64,000 bases of DNA. It comes from a virus. Taxonomy: Duplodnaviria; Caudoviricetes. Of the stretch, positions 47,312 through 57,722 are shown one piece after another. The notes under the pieces were generated by a model. That model made no database searches. It was not told where the DNA came from and saw nothing but the letters and a program-made list of their open reading frames with translations. Each line of letters opens with the position of its first letter. Positions within the stretch are counted from its first letter, which is position 1. Both the position numbers and the translations under genes were made by a program. The stretch lies in IMG/VR virus record IMGVR_UViG_2663763407_000006, positions 12,440-76,439 of that record. The stretch is one strand, 5' to 3'.

Positions 47312-47896
47312 ATGGCTGACAATTCCAGCTTCATGGCTTCAATTAATGCGTTTATTGAAAAGGGTAAGCGTAATCAGGAATTGGTGGTTCAAAAAGCAGG
47401 TATCAAAATTCTTAATCGGTTAGTCACGATGTCGCCGGTTGGAAATCCTGAGTTATGGGCTAACAACCACACCGCGAAGTCATATAACGATGCTGTTTTC
47501 GAACATAACGAAGAGCTGAAGAAAGATTCAGGCAACCTAACTAAAACAGGGCGACTGAAGAAACGGGCCAGGGTGACCGATAGCATGGACATTAAAGCGC
47601 CTGCTGGTTACACCGGCGGCCGCTTCCGTGGTAACTGGCAAGTTGGCTTAGATGCTCAGCCGGATGGCGAAACAGGGCGCATTGATAAAAGTGGCAATAT
47701 GACACTGGCTGTGGGCAATTATATGCTTGAGCAGTTCAAGGTTGGCACCAAGGCCATCTACTTCACTAACAATGTTCCCTACGCTTACCGGCTTGAGTTT
47801 GGTCATTCATCACAAGCCCCAAACGGGATGATCCGCATAACCGCCGAGGACGCTGTTAAATACTTCACTGAAGCAGCTAATGAGGTGAATAAGTGA
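47312..47896 (+). CDS. Neck protein (HK97 gp10-like)
   Basis: SPVG, GRFRGNW, NNVPYA.RLEFGHS.QAP.G. Confidence 0.85.
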   Translation: MADNSSFMASINAFIEKGKRNQELVVQKAGIKILNRLVTMSPVGNPELWANNHTAKSYNDAVFEHNEELKKDSGNLTKTGRLKKRARVTDSMDIKAPAGYTGGRFRGNWQVGLDAQPDGETGRIDKSGNMTLAVGNYMLEQFKVGTKAIYFTNNVPYAYRLEFGHSSQAPNGMIRITAEDAVKYFTEAANEVNK

Positions 47897-48300
47897 GTAC
47901 TCAACGCATTGCCGCATTGCTGGAAAAACGTCTTGGCGAATGGGCGGCAATTAAAGGCATTCCGTTGGCTGCGGAGAACGTTAGCTTTGATGATACTGGC
48001 GATATGTATTTGCAATCGCATGTCATGCCAGCCACAACAGACGCTATCGATTTAGCGCAGGTATCCCGCGTATTCAAAGGCGTGTATCAGATTAATATCA
48101 ATGCCAAAGCAGGCAGTGGTAAATCCAAATCTCATACTATTGCTACTGAATTGATAGATCTGTTCAACCTCAACACCGAGCTGACAGACGGAGTGGTAAT
48201 CTGCTATATCAACAGCGTTCCCAGCCAATTCCCCGGCATAACTGACGACACCACATACACCACGCCGATCAGCATGAGTTATCGCGCTGACGTTATCTAA
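47893..48300 (+). CDS. Tail terminator-like protein (DUF4128)
   Basis: GVYQINI...G.G, P.S..YRA. Confidence 0.8.
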   Translation: MSTQRIAALLEKRLGEWAAIKGIPLAAENVSFDDTGDMYLQSHVMPATTDAIDLAQVSRVFKGVYQININAKAGSGKSKSHTIATELIDLFNLNTELTDGVVICYINSVPSQFPGITDDTTYTTPISMSYRADVI

Positions 48301-48366
48301 ACCGCAATCAATCCCACATCTACCGGCCTATGCCGGTTTTTTTATATCCAAAATCGGAGAATTACC

Positions 48367-49287
48367 ATGGGCTTTGCTCTACCAAATGGCGCAGGTATTT
48401 ACCTGGCTAAAACATATGAAACCGAAGTCGCGGTCACGGCAGTTTCCAATGCTGTTGATGCAGTTCTGACGGTAGTCACTGGGCATGACATTGCCGAGGG
48501 CGATATTGTGCAGCTAACCTCAGGCTGGGCCGCGTTGAATGATTTGGTTGCAAAAGTAACAGCATCCACCGCGACTACTTTAACGCTCGGCTCTATTAAC
48601 ACCTCGAACACCGATCGTTTCGCAGTGGGTGGTGGTGTGGGTACGGTTAAGAAGGTCGAAAGTTGGATTGAAATCCCGCAGATCACCGAGGTATCGAACA
48701 GCGGTGGTGATCAGCAGATGATTCAAATTCAGTTTCTTAGCGATACTCGTCAGCGCAATCTCAATACGTTTAAGGCGGCTCAATCTCAAACCCTGACGTT
48801 GGCGCATGACTCCAGCCTGCCTGTTTATCCGGTGCTACGTGCTGCGGATGAGTCAGAGCAAACACTGGCAACCTACATGTATGTGCCTAAAGCCAAAGAG
48901 AACCGTTACTCGTCGGTGAAAGTGTCCTTTAACGATATTCCAACTACGGCGATCAACGCCATTGAGACGGTAGCTGTGGTGCTTAACCTGCAATCGCAAG
49001 CGACGACTTTCTACAAGTCTAGTGCACCAGTGGCTGTTACCGGCGTTACGTTGAGCAAAACCACGACGACTCTTGCTGTTGCTGCTACTGAAACCTTAAC
49101 GGCCACTGTAGAACCAGCAAATGCAACAAACAAGTCTGGTACCTGGTCATCATCAGCACCAACCAAAGCTACCGTTGACCCGGTAACAGGTGTTGTGACT
49201 GGCGTTGCTGCTGGCAGTGCCAACATCATTTACACCACCGCAGATGGCGCGAAAACCGCTACTTGTGCCGTCACCGTAACCGCATAA
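48367..49287 (+). CDS. Major tail tube protein with Ig-like (Big_2) domain
   Basis: LPNG, IPQI.....GG.QQ; C-terminal Big_2 pattern. Confidence 0.9.
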   Translation: MGFALPNGAGIYLAKTYETEVAVTAVSNAVDAVLTVVTGHDIAEGDIVQLTSGWAALNDLVAKVTASTATTLTLGSINTSNTDRFAVGGGVGTVKKVESWIEIPQITEVSNSGGDQQMIQIQFLSDTRQRNLNTFKAAQSQTLTLAHDSSLPVYPVLRAADESEQTLATYMYVPKAKENRYSSVKVSFNDIPTTAINAIETVAVVLNLQSQATTFYKSSAPVAVTGVTLSKTTTTLAVAATETLTATVEPANATNKSGTWSSSAPTKATVDPVTGVVTGVAAGSANIIYTTADGAKTATCAVTVTA

Positions 49288-49299
49288 GGAACATGACTC

Positions 49300-49611
49300 A
49301 TGGCAGTAAAATTTACCCTGGTACCGTCGCCAACATTTAAAGCAGATGTGAAAATCCCTCGGGCCGGTCTGGATGACGGCGAGTTAACCTTTACGTTTAA
49401 GCATTTGCCACTGAATGAAGTATCAGATATCGAGAAAGCAGAAGGGCAGACGGGGTTAGATTTCGCAGAAAAGATAATCGAAGGGTGGGCGCTTCCCGAA
49501 GCATTTAACCGCGAAAATCTGGAAGTGCTTGCTAATAACTACCCGAAAGCCATCGAGAATGTAATCAGTGCGTTTTATCGCGAACTGCTTGGTAACCGCG
49601 AAAAAAACTAA
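49300..49611 (+). CDS. Tail assembly chaperone (gpG-like)
   Basis: PTFKADV.IP, FTFKH, ends REKN at slippery site. Confidence 0.88.
   Translation: MAVKFTLVPSPTFKADVKIPRAGLDDGELTFTFKHLPLNEVSDIEKAEGQTGLDFAEKIIEGWALPEAFNRENLEVLANNYPKAIENVISAFYRELLGNREKN
49602..49608 (+). other. -1 programmed frameshift site (G-T fusion)
   Basis: A-AAA-AAC in frame just before the stop; downstream ORF is in the -1 frame. Confidence 0.85.
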
Positions 49612-49658
49612 CCTCGGTTGCCACCGCTCTCTACACCCCCGAACCCACCCGTGAAGAA

Positions 49659-49919
49659 TTGGCAGGCAACGGCCTGACACCTGATGATTTCGACGATGTA
49701 ATTATCGAGATATGGCCGGATGTTTGGCCTGCTTTCAATGTGATTAGAGCAATGTCCACGCAGTGGCGTACCGGCATGTCTGGGCCTACTGGGTTGGACT
49801 ACGGCTGCCTGTCACAAGTCATGGATTGGGTGGGTGTAGAGAGCAAAGCAACCGTGTTTGATGACATAAGGCACATGGAGAGCGTTGCGCTGTCCGTTAT
49901 TCACAAGCGGAGCAAGTAA
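49659..49919 (+). CDS. Tail chaperone gpT part (DUF1799)
   Basis: TQWR.G..G.TGLDY..IR.ME. Confidence 0.88.
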   Translation: MAGNGLTPDDFDDVIIEIWPDVWPAFNVIRAMSTQWRTGMSGPTGLDYGCLSQVMDWVGVESKATVFDDIRHMESVALSVIHKRSK

Positions 49920-52900
49920 ATGGCAGATATCGCAACAATCTCACTACGCGCGGATACGTCCAGCCTGGAACAAGGTGACAAGGCGTTAGACCACTTCGGG
50001 CAAACAGCGGAGAAGGCTACCAAACAAGCAGATGGCTTGAATGATGCCTTCAAAGCTGGCGCACAAAGTCAAAAGCAAAATAACGAGAGTCTGAAACAGC
50101 AACAGCAAGCACTTCAGGATTTATTGGCGAAAATTAATCCCGTCAATAATGCACTGAATAAGCTTGATGATATGCAGTTGCAGTTATCAAAGTTCCGCTC
50201 TCAGGGGATTGTTGATGACAGAACCTACCGTGAGTCTGCGGTTGCGATTGGACGTGCTCGACAGGAGTTAACCGCAGCGGCTGAAGCCAGTACAAAGGCA
50301 GGAAGGGCGGCAGCAGAGCAAGCCGCAGCAGACCGCGCAGCCACAACGGCAAAAGAAAACTTCATCACTCGATTGCGTGAGCAAACTGAACTTCAGGGGA
50401 AAACAGCATCACAGGTTCAGGAGTATAAAGCCGCTCAATTAGGTATGACTCAACAAGCAGCACCATTCATAGCGAAGCTGAAAGAACAAGAAGATGCCTG
50501 GAAGAAAGGTACTGTCTCTGCTGGTCAATATCGTATGGCTATGCGCCAATTACCCATGCAATTCACGGATATCGCCACCTCAATCGCCGGTGGTATGCCG
50601 TTGTACATGATCGCCATTCAGCAAGGCGGCCAGATTAAAGATAGTTTTGGCGGTATTGGTAATGCGCTTAAAGCTATGGCATCCCTGATCACTCCAACCA
50701 CTATTCTGTTAGGTGGGGCAACGGCTGCTGTTGCAGCTATGGGGTATGCATACTTTCAAGCGGAGAAGCAAAATAGTGCCTTCAATAAGGCGATTATTAC
50801 TACTGGGGGATATTCAGGTGTAACCGCCAGCCAACTGAAGGACATGGCTTATAACATCAGTCAGTCTGGCAGTGTTTATAGTGATACAGCGGAGGCTTTA
50901 ACGAAGCTTACGGCGGCCGGTGTCAAGACATCGGTAAACCTCCAAGACGCAGGGAAGTCGATTGTAGAATTCAGCCGATACTCCGGGCAATCAATTGACG
51001 ATTTGGTAGGGCAGTTTGCTCGTTTATCTGATGACCCAGTTGGTGGTTCAGTCGCACTGACTGAGAAGCTTCATTATCTGACTGCAGCGCAATATCAGCA
51101 TATTGCCGCTCTTGCTGAGGAAGGGAACACAGCGCAAGCAGTGACGGCTGCTACTGAAGCTCTTAGCGGGGCAATGGCGCAAAGGGCTGCAGAGATAAAG
51201 AACTCTATGGGTACTTTGCCATCATTTTTTGATGAGATAGGTAAAAGCGCATCAAAAATGTGGGATGGGATCTGGGGACTTGGTCGCGACCCATCCGAGG
51301 CCGAGGCAAGAGCTAAGCTTGTTGCCAAAATAGGCTTTGCTGAAAATGACCCACGCCGCGCCAATGGTGGCTCACCTACAGTATCCAATGAAACGTTATC
51401 TCAGTGGAAAGCAGAGCTGGCATCACTGGATGCAGTTGAGAAAAAGCAGTCCAACATATCCCAAATAAACCAAGAAGCGATAAAGGCGCAGCAAGAGGTT
51501 AATAAGCTTATACAGCAGGGGCTGACCTCGGCAGAAAAAAGGGAAAAAGGGGAAAAGGAATTAAATCGCTGGATAGAAGCGAATAAGAAAGCTCATGCAG
51601 AAGACGCAACAGTAGCGTTATTCACTGAAGCTGAAATTGCCAAAGCTCGCGCTGGGATTGAAAAGCAGAACAAAGATCCCAAAACACCAAAAACCAAAGC
51701 CTACCAAGATGATGCAGCCACCAAAGCATTACTGGATAGTCAGGCGCGTGTTGCCGCTTTGCGTGAACAGGCAACCGTCACATTAACCATGACGGATCAG
51801 GAAAAGCAGCTAGCTAAATTCACCCAGCAAATTGCTGACCTGAAAAGCAAAACCATCCTCACTGCTGACCAAAAATCACTTCTGGCCCGCTCTGGTGAAA
51901 TTACTGCCAGTATGCAGCTTGAGGCCCAGCTTTCACGTGAAAACGCTGAAAGGAAGAAAGCAACAGCAGCTCTCAAGCAGATGGATGATTACACCACGAC
52001 GATTGCCAATCGAAATGCTCAGGCTCAGGCTAAGTTTGGCAAGACCAGCAAGCAAGCGTCTCGTGTTGACCAAGAGTTTCAGCTTGATAATACATTCGAC
52101 AAGCAGAAGGAGGGCGTTACTGGCGCGGCGCTAGAAAAACTCACCGAGTCATATAACAAGGCAAAATTCGAGCTAAAAGCTGGCTTCGACCAAGAGGATT
52201 TGAACGAAGGTGACTGGTTAGCGGGTATGACTCAGGGGCTAGAACAGTATGGTGAAACCGCCAATAACGTTTTCTCTGCTACCGCTCAACTGGCCCAAAC
52301 CACAATGGGTAGCATGACATCCATGGCGACCCAGATGATGACAACCGGCTCAGCTAACGTTAAGCAGTTTGCTACCAACTTCCTGACCAGCATTGTCGAT
52401 ATCATCAACCGGTTGCTGATTGCCCAAGCTATTCAGGCGGCAATGGGGTGGATGAGTGGTGGTGCCTCGGCGGGCGCAGGGGCTGTAAGTGGAACTGCCA
52501 GCAGTGCCAGTGCGGGCGCTATGGGGATGTCTACCAGCTTCAGAGCTTATGACGTCGGCGGCTACACTGGTGACGGTGGAAAATTCGAACCGAAAGGCGT
52601 GGTTCATGGCGGTGAGTTTGTCTTTACCAAAGAAGCCACCAACCGAATTGGTATCGATAACCTCTACAAGATGATGCGCGGTTATGCTGATGGAGGATTG
52701 GTTAGTAATGCGGTAACTGCCACCGCGCCAATGCTCGGCATGCAGGGCGGCGGTAATAACATTACTGTTGGTATTGGTGATGTAGTCATCATGAGTGATA
52801 GCCAAAAAGAAAATAATGCTTCAAATTCACAAGATATTGGTGCCGGTATACAGAAGCAACTAAAGCCAGCAATAGTGGCTACTATTAGTGAGCAACTGAG

Positions 52901-52946
52901 AATACCTGGCACTCCATTATGGATGGCTATGAATGGTAATAGATAA
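49920..52946 (+). CDS. H: Tape measure protein
   Basis: 1008 aa Ala-rich, QQGGQIKD, GGYTGDGGK.EP.G.VH.GE. Confidence 0.95.
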   Translation: MADIATISLRADTSSLEQGDKALDHFGQTAEKATKQADGLNDAFKAGAQSQKQNNESLKQQQQALQDLLAKINPVNNALNKLDDMQLQLSKFRSQGIVDDRTYRESAVAIGRARQELTAAAEASTKAGRAAAEQAAADRAATTAKENFITRLREQTELQGKTASQVQEYKAAQLGMTQQAAPFIAKLKEQEDAWKKGTVSAGQYRMAMRQLPMQFTDIATSIAGGMPLYMIAIQQGGQIKDSFGGIGNALKAMASLITPTTILLGGATAAVAAMGYAYFQAEKQNSAFNKAIITTGGYSGVTASQLKDMAYNISQSGSVYSDTAEALTKLTAAGVKTSVNLQDAGKSIVEFSRYSGQSIDDLVGQFARLSDDPVGGSVALTEKLHYLTAAQYQHIAALAEEGNTAQAVTAATEALSGAMAQRAAEIKNSMGTLPSFFDEIGKSASKMWDGIWGLGRDPSEAEARAKLVAKIGFAENDPRRANGGSPTVSNETLSQWKAELASLDAVEKKQSNISQINQEAIKAQQEVNKLIQQGLTSAEKREKGEKELNRWIEANKKAHAEDATVALFTEAEIAKARAGIEKQNKDPKTPKTKAYQDDAATKALLDSQARVAALREQATVTLTMTDQEKQLAKFTQQIADLKSKTILTADQKSLLARSGEITASMQLEAQLSRENAERKKATAALKQMDDYTTTIANRNAQAQAKFGKTSKQASRVDQEFQLDNTFDKQKEGVTGAALEKLTESYNKAKFELKAGFDQEDLNEGDWLAGMTQGLEQYGETANNVFSATAQLAQTTMGSMTSMATQMMTTGSANVKQFATNFLTSIVDIINRLLIAQAIQAAMGWMSGGASAGAGAVSGTASSASAGAMGMSTSFRAYDVGGYTGDGGKFEPKGVVHGGEFVFTKEATNRIGIDNLYKMMRGYADGGLVSNAVTATAPMLGMQGGGNNITVGIGDVVIMSDSQKENNASNSQDIGAGIQKQLKPAIVATISEQLRIPGTPLWMAMNGNR

Positions 52947-52961
52947 CGAATTGAGGGAATT

Positions 52962-53195
52962 ATGAATTTAAAAGCAACAAATTTCAGAATGTATTCAGCA
53001 ACACCTGAACAGAGTGCGTCTGTAGTTGTCAGTGTTGACGTTTTCCATGATAACGATGATGACTCCATCATGGGGAGGCACATAAACCTTCCATTTAATC
53101 CGAAAGATACATTTGAGTCAGTCGGCGACAAAGCGATTGCTATTGTTAAAGCCGAGCTATTGTCCCTTGCGAAAGATATAACTAAATTTGAGTAA
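52962..53195 (+). CDS. Hypothetical protein (insert between H and M)
   Basis: GAGGG SD, AT-rich, followed by terminator. Confidence 0.65.
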   Translation: MNLKATNFRMYSATPEQSASVVVSVDVFHDNDDDSIMGRHINLPFNPKDTFESVGDKAIAIVKAELLSLAKDITKFE

Positions 53196-53252
53196 TAGAG
53201 TTGTGTTGCTCTTATGTAGCCGCCAATGTGCGGCTTTTTTATTGGGGTATAT

Positions 53253-53594
53253 ATGGCGATTGAAACATTCCTTTGGCGAACGCAGGGTGTTCCTGAAGGT
53301 AGCTTTAACCAGCGAGTGAGAACCGCTCAGTTCGGCGATGGCTACAAGCAAGTCGCTGGTGACGGTATCAACCCAGAAACGCAATCATGGCCGCTGACTT
53401 TTCAGGGTTTGGAAAAAGACATGATGCCCATCCTAGCGTTTGTTCGCAGGCATACCACCAAGTCCTGCCAGTGGACTGCACCTTATGGCGTTATTGGCCT
53501 GTGGCGCGTCACTGCTGACTCCATCAAGGCCGTACCGGTTGGCGGTAATGTTATGTCTGTCTCTTTCACTTTCGAGCAATCTTTCAAGCCTTAA
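53253..53594 (+). CDS. M: Minor tail protein gpM
   Basis: AQFGDGYKQ..DGIN, FTFEQ. Confidence 0.92.
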   Translation: MAIETFLWRTQGVPEGSFNQRVRTAQFGDGYKQVAGDGINPETQSWPLTFQGLEKDMMPILAFVRRHTTKSCQWTAPYGVIGLWRVTADSIKAVPVGGNVMSVSFTFEQSFKP

Positions 53595-53610
53595 TATCGA
53601 GTAACCCAAT

Positions 53611-54363
53611 ATGGCAATTAATACTGACTTGCAACGACTGGAGCCGGGTAACCGCGTTCGCCTGTATGAAGTTGATGGTTCTAAGTTTGATGGGCCATTG
53701 TTGCGTTTCCATGCCGATACATTACCCCATACCACAGAAGAGATTGCGGCGGCAGGTGGTGATGAAACCAAACTACCAGCTAAATCTATCTGGTGGCAGG
53801 GGGAAGAGTATTCAGCATGGCCGGTACAGGTTGAAGGCATTGAGATGTCCAGTGATGGGCAGAGTGCACAGCCAAAGTTATCGGTAGCGAATCTTGATGG
53901 GAGCATCACCGCGCTGTGCCTTGCATTTGACGACATGGTGCAGGCCAAGGTTATCGTTCACGACACATTCAAACATTATCTAGATACGGTGAATTTCCCT
54001 GATGGCAATTCTGAGGCTGACCCGGAACAGGAGAAAGTACAGGTTTACTATATTGATAGTAAATCGACAGAAACCAATGAAACTGTTGAATTCTCTCTTT
54101 CCAGCCCTGCGGATTTGCAGGGACTGCTTATCCCCACCCGGCAAATTCACTCACTCTGCACCTGGTGTATGCGTGGTGACTATCGCTCAGGCAATGGCTG
54201 CGATTATGCCGGAACGTTGTATTTCGACGAGAAAGGCAATCCGACAGACGACCCGAGCAAAGATAAGTGCTCAGGTCTGTTGGTCGATTGCAAAAAGCGA
54301 TTTGGTTCCGATAACCCGCTGCCATTTGGTGGTTTCCCTGGTTCAGCTCTAATCAAGAGGTAG
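53611..54363 (+). CDS. L: Minor tail protein gpL
   Basis: WQGEEY, C.W...YR..GC.Y.G, DKC..C.KRFG..FGGFP. Confidence 0.94.
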   Translation: MAINTDLQRLEPGNRVRLYEVDGSKFDGPLLRFHADTLPHTTEEIAAAGGDETKLPAKSIWWQGEEYSAWPVQVEGIEMSSDGQSAQPKLSVANLDGSITALCLAFDDMVQAKVIVHDTFKHYLDTVNFPDGNSEADPEQEKVQVYYIDSKSTETNETVEFSLSSPADLQGLLIPTRQIHSLCTWCMRGDYRSGNGCDYAGTLYFDEKGNPTDDPSKDKCSGLLVDCKKRFGSDNPLPFGGFPGSALIKR

Positions 54364-54365
54364 TC

Positions 54366-55070
54366 ATGAGAGACAAAACGATTAAAGCGATATTGGCCCA
54401 CGCCGAAGCGGAATACCCGAAAGAGAGCTGCGGGGTTGTGGCGCAGAAGTCGCGAGTCGAGAAGTATTTTCCTTGTATTAATCTGGCTACAAACCCAATC
54501 GAACAGTTTCATCTCGACCCTGAGGGGTATATAGCGGCAGAAGATTGGGGGACCATCACAGCAATTGTACACAGTCACCCAGATGCCACTACTCAGCCAT
54601 CCGAATTGGACATGGACCAATGCGATAATAACGAACTACCCTGGCACATTGTGAGCTGGCCCGAGGGGGATTTACGAACTATCCAGCCGCGCGGGGACCT
54701 TCCGCTAATTGGTCGTCAGTTCGTCCTAGGCCATACAGATTGCTGGGGCTTGATAATGTCCTACTTCAAGCAAACGCATGGCATTGAGTTGAAAGACTAT
54801 CGAGTTGACCGGCATTGGTGGGAGTCAGGAACAGAAAACTTCTATATGGATAACTGGTATGAATGTGGTTTTCGTGAATTCAGTGGCCCAGCGCTGCCGG
54901 GTGACGTAGTTATCATGCAAGTATCAGCACCAGTAGCAAATCATGCGGGGGTTTTGCTGGACGATGGGATGCTGCTGCATCATCTTTATGGGCAACTCAG
55001 CCAACGGGTGCCTTACGGTGGCTATTGGCAGGAAAGGACGGTTAAAATGGTTAGGTATCAGGGGCTATAA
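54366..55070 (+). CDS. K: Tail assembly protein gpK (JAB + NlpC/P60)
   Basis: P.ESCG, HSHP..PS..D, G.TDCW, NHAG. Confidence 0.94.
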   Translation: MRDKTIKAILAHAEAEYPKESCGVVAQKSRVEKYFPCINLATNPIEQFHLDPEGYIAAEDWGTITAIVHSHPDATTQPSELDMDQCDNNELPWHIVSWPEGDLRTIQPRGDLPLIGRQFVLGHTDCWGLIMSYFKQTHGIELKDYRVDRHWWESGTENFYMDNWYECGFREFSGPALPGDVVIMQVSAPVANHAGVLLDDGMLLHHLYGQLSQRVPYGGYWQERTVKMVRYQGL

Positions 55071-55102
55071 TTTAAGAGCATCTTATCGGTGCTCTTGATG
55101 AT

Positions 55103-55171
55103 GGTTTTGCTTTCTGGCGCGTCCGTGCTCCGGCGGGTTTTTGCATTCTAGCTCCCACCATTTTGCGTTGC
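55103..55171 (+). repeat. Composite intergenic repeat unit of K-I array
   Basis: 55103-55144 matches 56769-56810 (36/42); 55146-55171 matches 57336-57361 (25/26); partial copy 56278-56314. Confidence 0.85.
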
Positions 55172-55537
55172 TCGATATTAGGTAGCGCGTCCGTGCGCCG
55201 GTGGGTACGCCTTAGTTTGTGTTAAAGTTAACAGAAGCCGTTGTGGGGCCAAAAAACAGCACAAAATAAAATGCAAAATTGATAGCCATTTAAACGAGCT
55301 GTACGGCGTTTGTGAGAGGCCATAAAAGCGAATGTGTATACCCGCACACTCAATTTGGCACCTTTTCACGGTTCGATATCGAGCTATAAACAGCATAAGA
55401 AAGCAACATAAAGTTGATTAGATATAGCTTGAGCTATACACTCTGTATCAATAACCGTGGTTATAGCCCGGGATAACTACTGATATGTTGGTGTTCAGTG
55501 GTTCGGTATAATTAAGCCTAGGTAGGAGGATACCCAA

Positions 55538-55741
55538 ATGAAAAAAGCTACTAAGCGTATCTTGCGCTCAATGGGTTCAATTCTTGATATTTGTCCTGCT
55601 GATGACTACAAAGAATTCCGTAACATACCGTCAGACAATGAGTTGCTTAATGGTGACTGGATATCAGTTGGTGACTACATCAAGGATTCGATGAGAAACT
55701 ATGACTCGAAGAAAGAACTCCAGACCACCAGTCAAAACTAA
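55538..55741 (+). CDS. Small hypothetical protein
   Basis: TATAAT 55507 and AGGAGG SD; overlaps next gene. Confidence 0.75.
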   Translation: MKKATKRILRSMGSILDICPADDYKEFRNIPSDNELLNGDWISVGDYIKDSMRNYDSKKELQTTSQN

Positions 55742-56255
55742 GCAGTCTCCACCTCAATTGATTAACCAGCCCAACCCATCCCGTAAAGTGCAAGATGGGA
55801 AGACTGAGCTTCTAGTTAATGAAGTAATGAATAACCCTGAGGTAATTCAGCGCCTAGCTAATCGACCGGAAGCTTTGGGCTTAATGATGCAGGTTTCAAC
55901 GCATAGGTCAGGGCCTCTTCCTGAGGCAGAGGAGCTTGCTAGGTATGAGAGCATAACTCCTGGATTAGCTAAAGAAATTGTCGATATGGCAAAAAGCGCG
56001 CAACAATTCAGGCAAGATCAGGGCCGCCGTTCCTTATCTGGTGCCATCTGGAAAGATAGGGCCGGACAACTTTCTGCCATGGTATGCGTTTTTATATTCG
56101 CATACATAGCGTTAAAGATGGTCTCCGCCGGGGCTTATGGACACGCCGTTTTATTGCTTGGCGCAGAGCTTGTCGCCCTTGCAGGAATATTTGTTGTTGG
56201 ACGGTCAGATAAAAAACAAGAAAGAGCAGAACAAGAGAAAAAGAAAAAGAAATAA
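55701..56255 (+). CDS. DUF2335-like membrane protein
   Basis: SGPLP..ELA.YE...PG.A..I..MA, two TMs. Confidence 0.8.
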   Translation: MTRRKNSRPPVKTKQSPPQLINQPNPSRKVQDGKTELLVNEVMNNPEVIQRLANRPEALGLMMQVSTHRSGPLPEAEELARYESITPGLAKEIVDMAKSAQQFRQDQGRRSLSGAIWKDRAGQLSAMVCVFIFAYIALKMVSAGAYGHAVLLLGAELVALAGIFVVGRSDKKQERAEQEKKKKK

Positions 56256-56417
56256 TCTTGGAAATAGAATAGAACCCGCTCCGGCGGGTTTTTTGCTTTC
56301 TAAAGTGTCCGTACACTTTTTTTTACATCGTAATATTTGCACTGAATATTTTTATTATGAAGTTGAGATAATTAGAAGGTAGTTTTGTGTTTCACATGTT
56401 TTACACAAGGAATTAAC

Positions 56418-56735
56418 ATGAAATTACTTATAAGCATCTTACTTATATCAAGTCCGGCATTTTCTGTTTCTTCTTCGATAAATGAAAATATGTCAGTGCC
56501 TGCCATAGCTCTGGTATCAGAAGCTGCGTGTATTCGCAGTTACTCGGAGAAAGAACATACCGCATGTATAAAACTGGTAGATTCCTCGATAGCTAAAGCT
56601 TACTGGGCTGGGAAAATGAATCAGTTTTGCAAGTCACCATTTAACAAAAGTGCCGGGAAGGATAGGCAGTGCAAGGTAGTTAAGATGCTTGCTGGCGCAT
56701 TGAATGAGATGAGTAGTAGGTATCTTGAAGAGTAA
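56418..56735 (+). CDS. Secreted Cys-containing protein
   Basis: Signal peptide MKLLISILLISSPAFS, four Cys. Confidence 0.7.
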   Translation: MKLLISILLISSPAFSVSSSINENMSVPAIALVSEAACIRSYSEKEHTACIKLVDSSIAKAYWAGKMNQFCKSPFNKSAGKDRQCKVVKMLAGALNEMSSRYLEE

Positions 56736-56861
56736 ATAATAGTACCTACACAAGCAAAATCCTAAATGGGTTTTGCTTTCTTTCACATCCGTGCGCAGGC
56801 GGGTTTTTGCGTTTGTTATATCCTCTGATACCATGATTTTTTATTATTGATGGATAGGGAT

Positions 56862-57326
56862 ATGCGCTACTTTTGGATTGCTTTATCTGTACTTATTGCT
56901 GGGTGTAATGGTGTAAATGACAAAAAGCTTAAGGAGGATGTTTCTTCCGCAGTTGTAGAGAAAATCGCTGTGTTCAACGGCAGAGAACCTTGCGCTGAAC
57001 TTATGCAAAAGAAAGATCAGGCATTTGGCGCACAAGCAAACAAGGTCGTGATGAAGATTTGCGGGGGAATATTTGACTGGGAGAAGCCGGTTACACTATC
57101 AGACTTGAAAGTCTACCCTGGTGAAACTGTAAGTGTATGCGGCATTGCATCAGGAACAAGTCGAACTGGAAGTAAGGTTGGCACTCGATTTGTTTATCAC
57201 CCGACCAAGGTTTCTAAGGTTAACCTGAAGCCAATATATCCATTAATAGCAAACGAAAAGATGCTGTCAGCGTTTTATGGGCTTAACGAAATCTACATCG
57301 ATGCCGAGAGCAAGTATTGCAAGTAG
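56862..57326 (+). CDS. Lipoprotein
   Basis: Lipobox LIAGC. Confidence 0.8.
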   Translation: MRYFWIALSVLIAGCNGVNDKKLKEDVSSAVVEKIAVFNGREPCAELMQKKDQAFGAQANKVVMKICGGIFDWEKPVTLSDLKVYPGETVSVCGIASGTSRTGSKVGTRFVYHPTKVSKVNLKPIYPLIANEKMLSAFYGLNEIYIDAESKYCK

Positions 57327-57398
57327 GAAGCTTACTTCTAGCTCCTACCATTTTGCGTTGCCTTGCACCATCCCCCTGCTATCATGTAACGAACTGTT

Positions 57399-57722
57399 AT
57401 GGATGGGGATAATGGAGTGATAATAGTAAAGTCTGATTTAGCTCAGTTCCTTACAGAAAAAGGCGTTCCATCTGAATGCACCCAATGTGGACATGACTAT
57501 AACAATACATTTGTTTCACCGCTGGCAAAGGTTGCTGATGCTGAAATCTTCATTTTTGAAAATCGGTCTCTCTTAGACAGCGACGGCACAACAGCCATAT
57601 TAAAATACTATCCTGTTTATTGTGATAATTGCGGCTATGTTCGGATGTTTAATGCAGATCACATTAGTCGATGGATATTAGATAGAGACCAACAGAAACC
57701 AAATGGTGGCAAAGATGAATAA
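57399..57722 (+). CDS. Zn-ribbon protein
   Basis: CTQCG and CDNCG. Confidence 0.7.
   Translation: MDGDNGVIIVKSDLAQFLTEKGVPSECTQCGHDYNNTFVSPLAKVADAEIFIFENRSLLDSDGTTAILKYYPVYCDNCGYVRMFNADHISRWILDRDQQKPNGGKDE

Noticed and set aside
55178-55396. 72-aa minus ORF after gene K
   Set aside because: No clear SD or motif; may be non-coding or a cassette remnant
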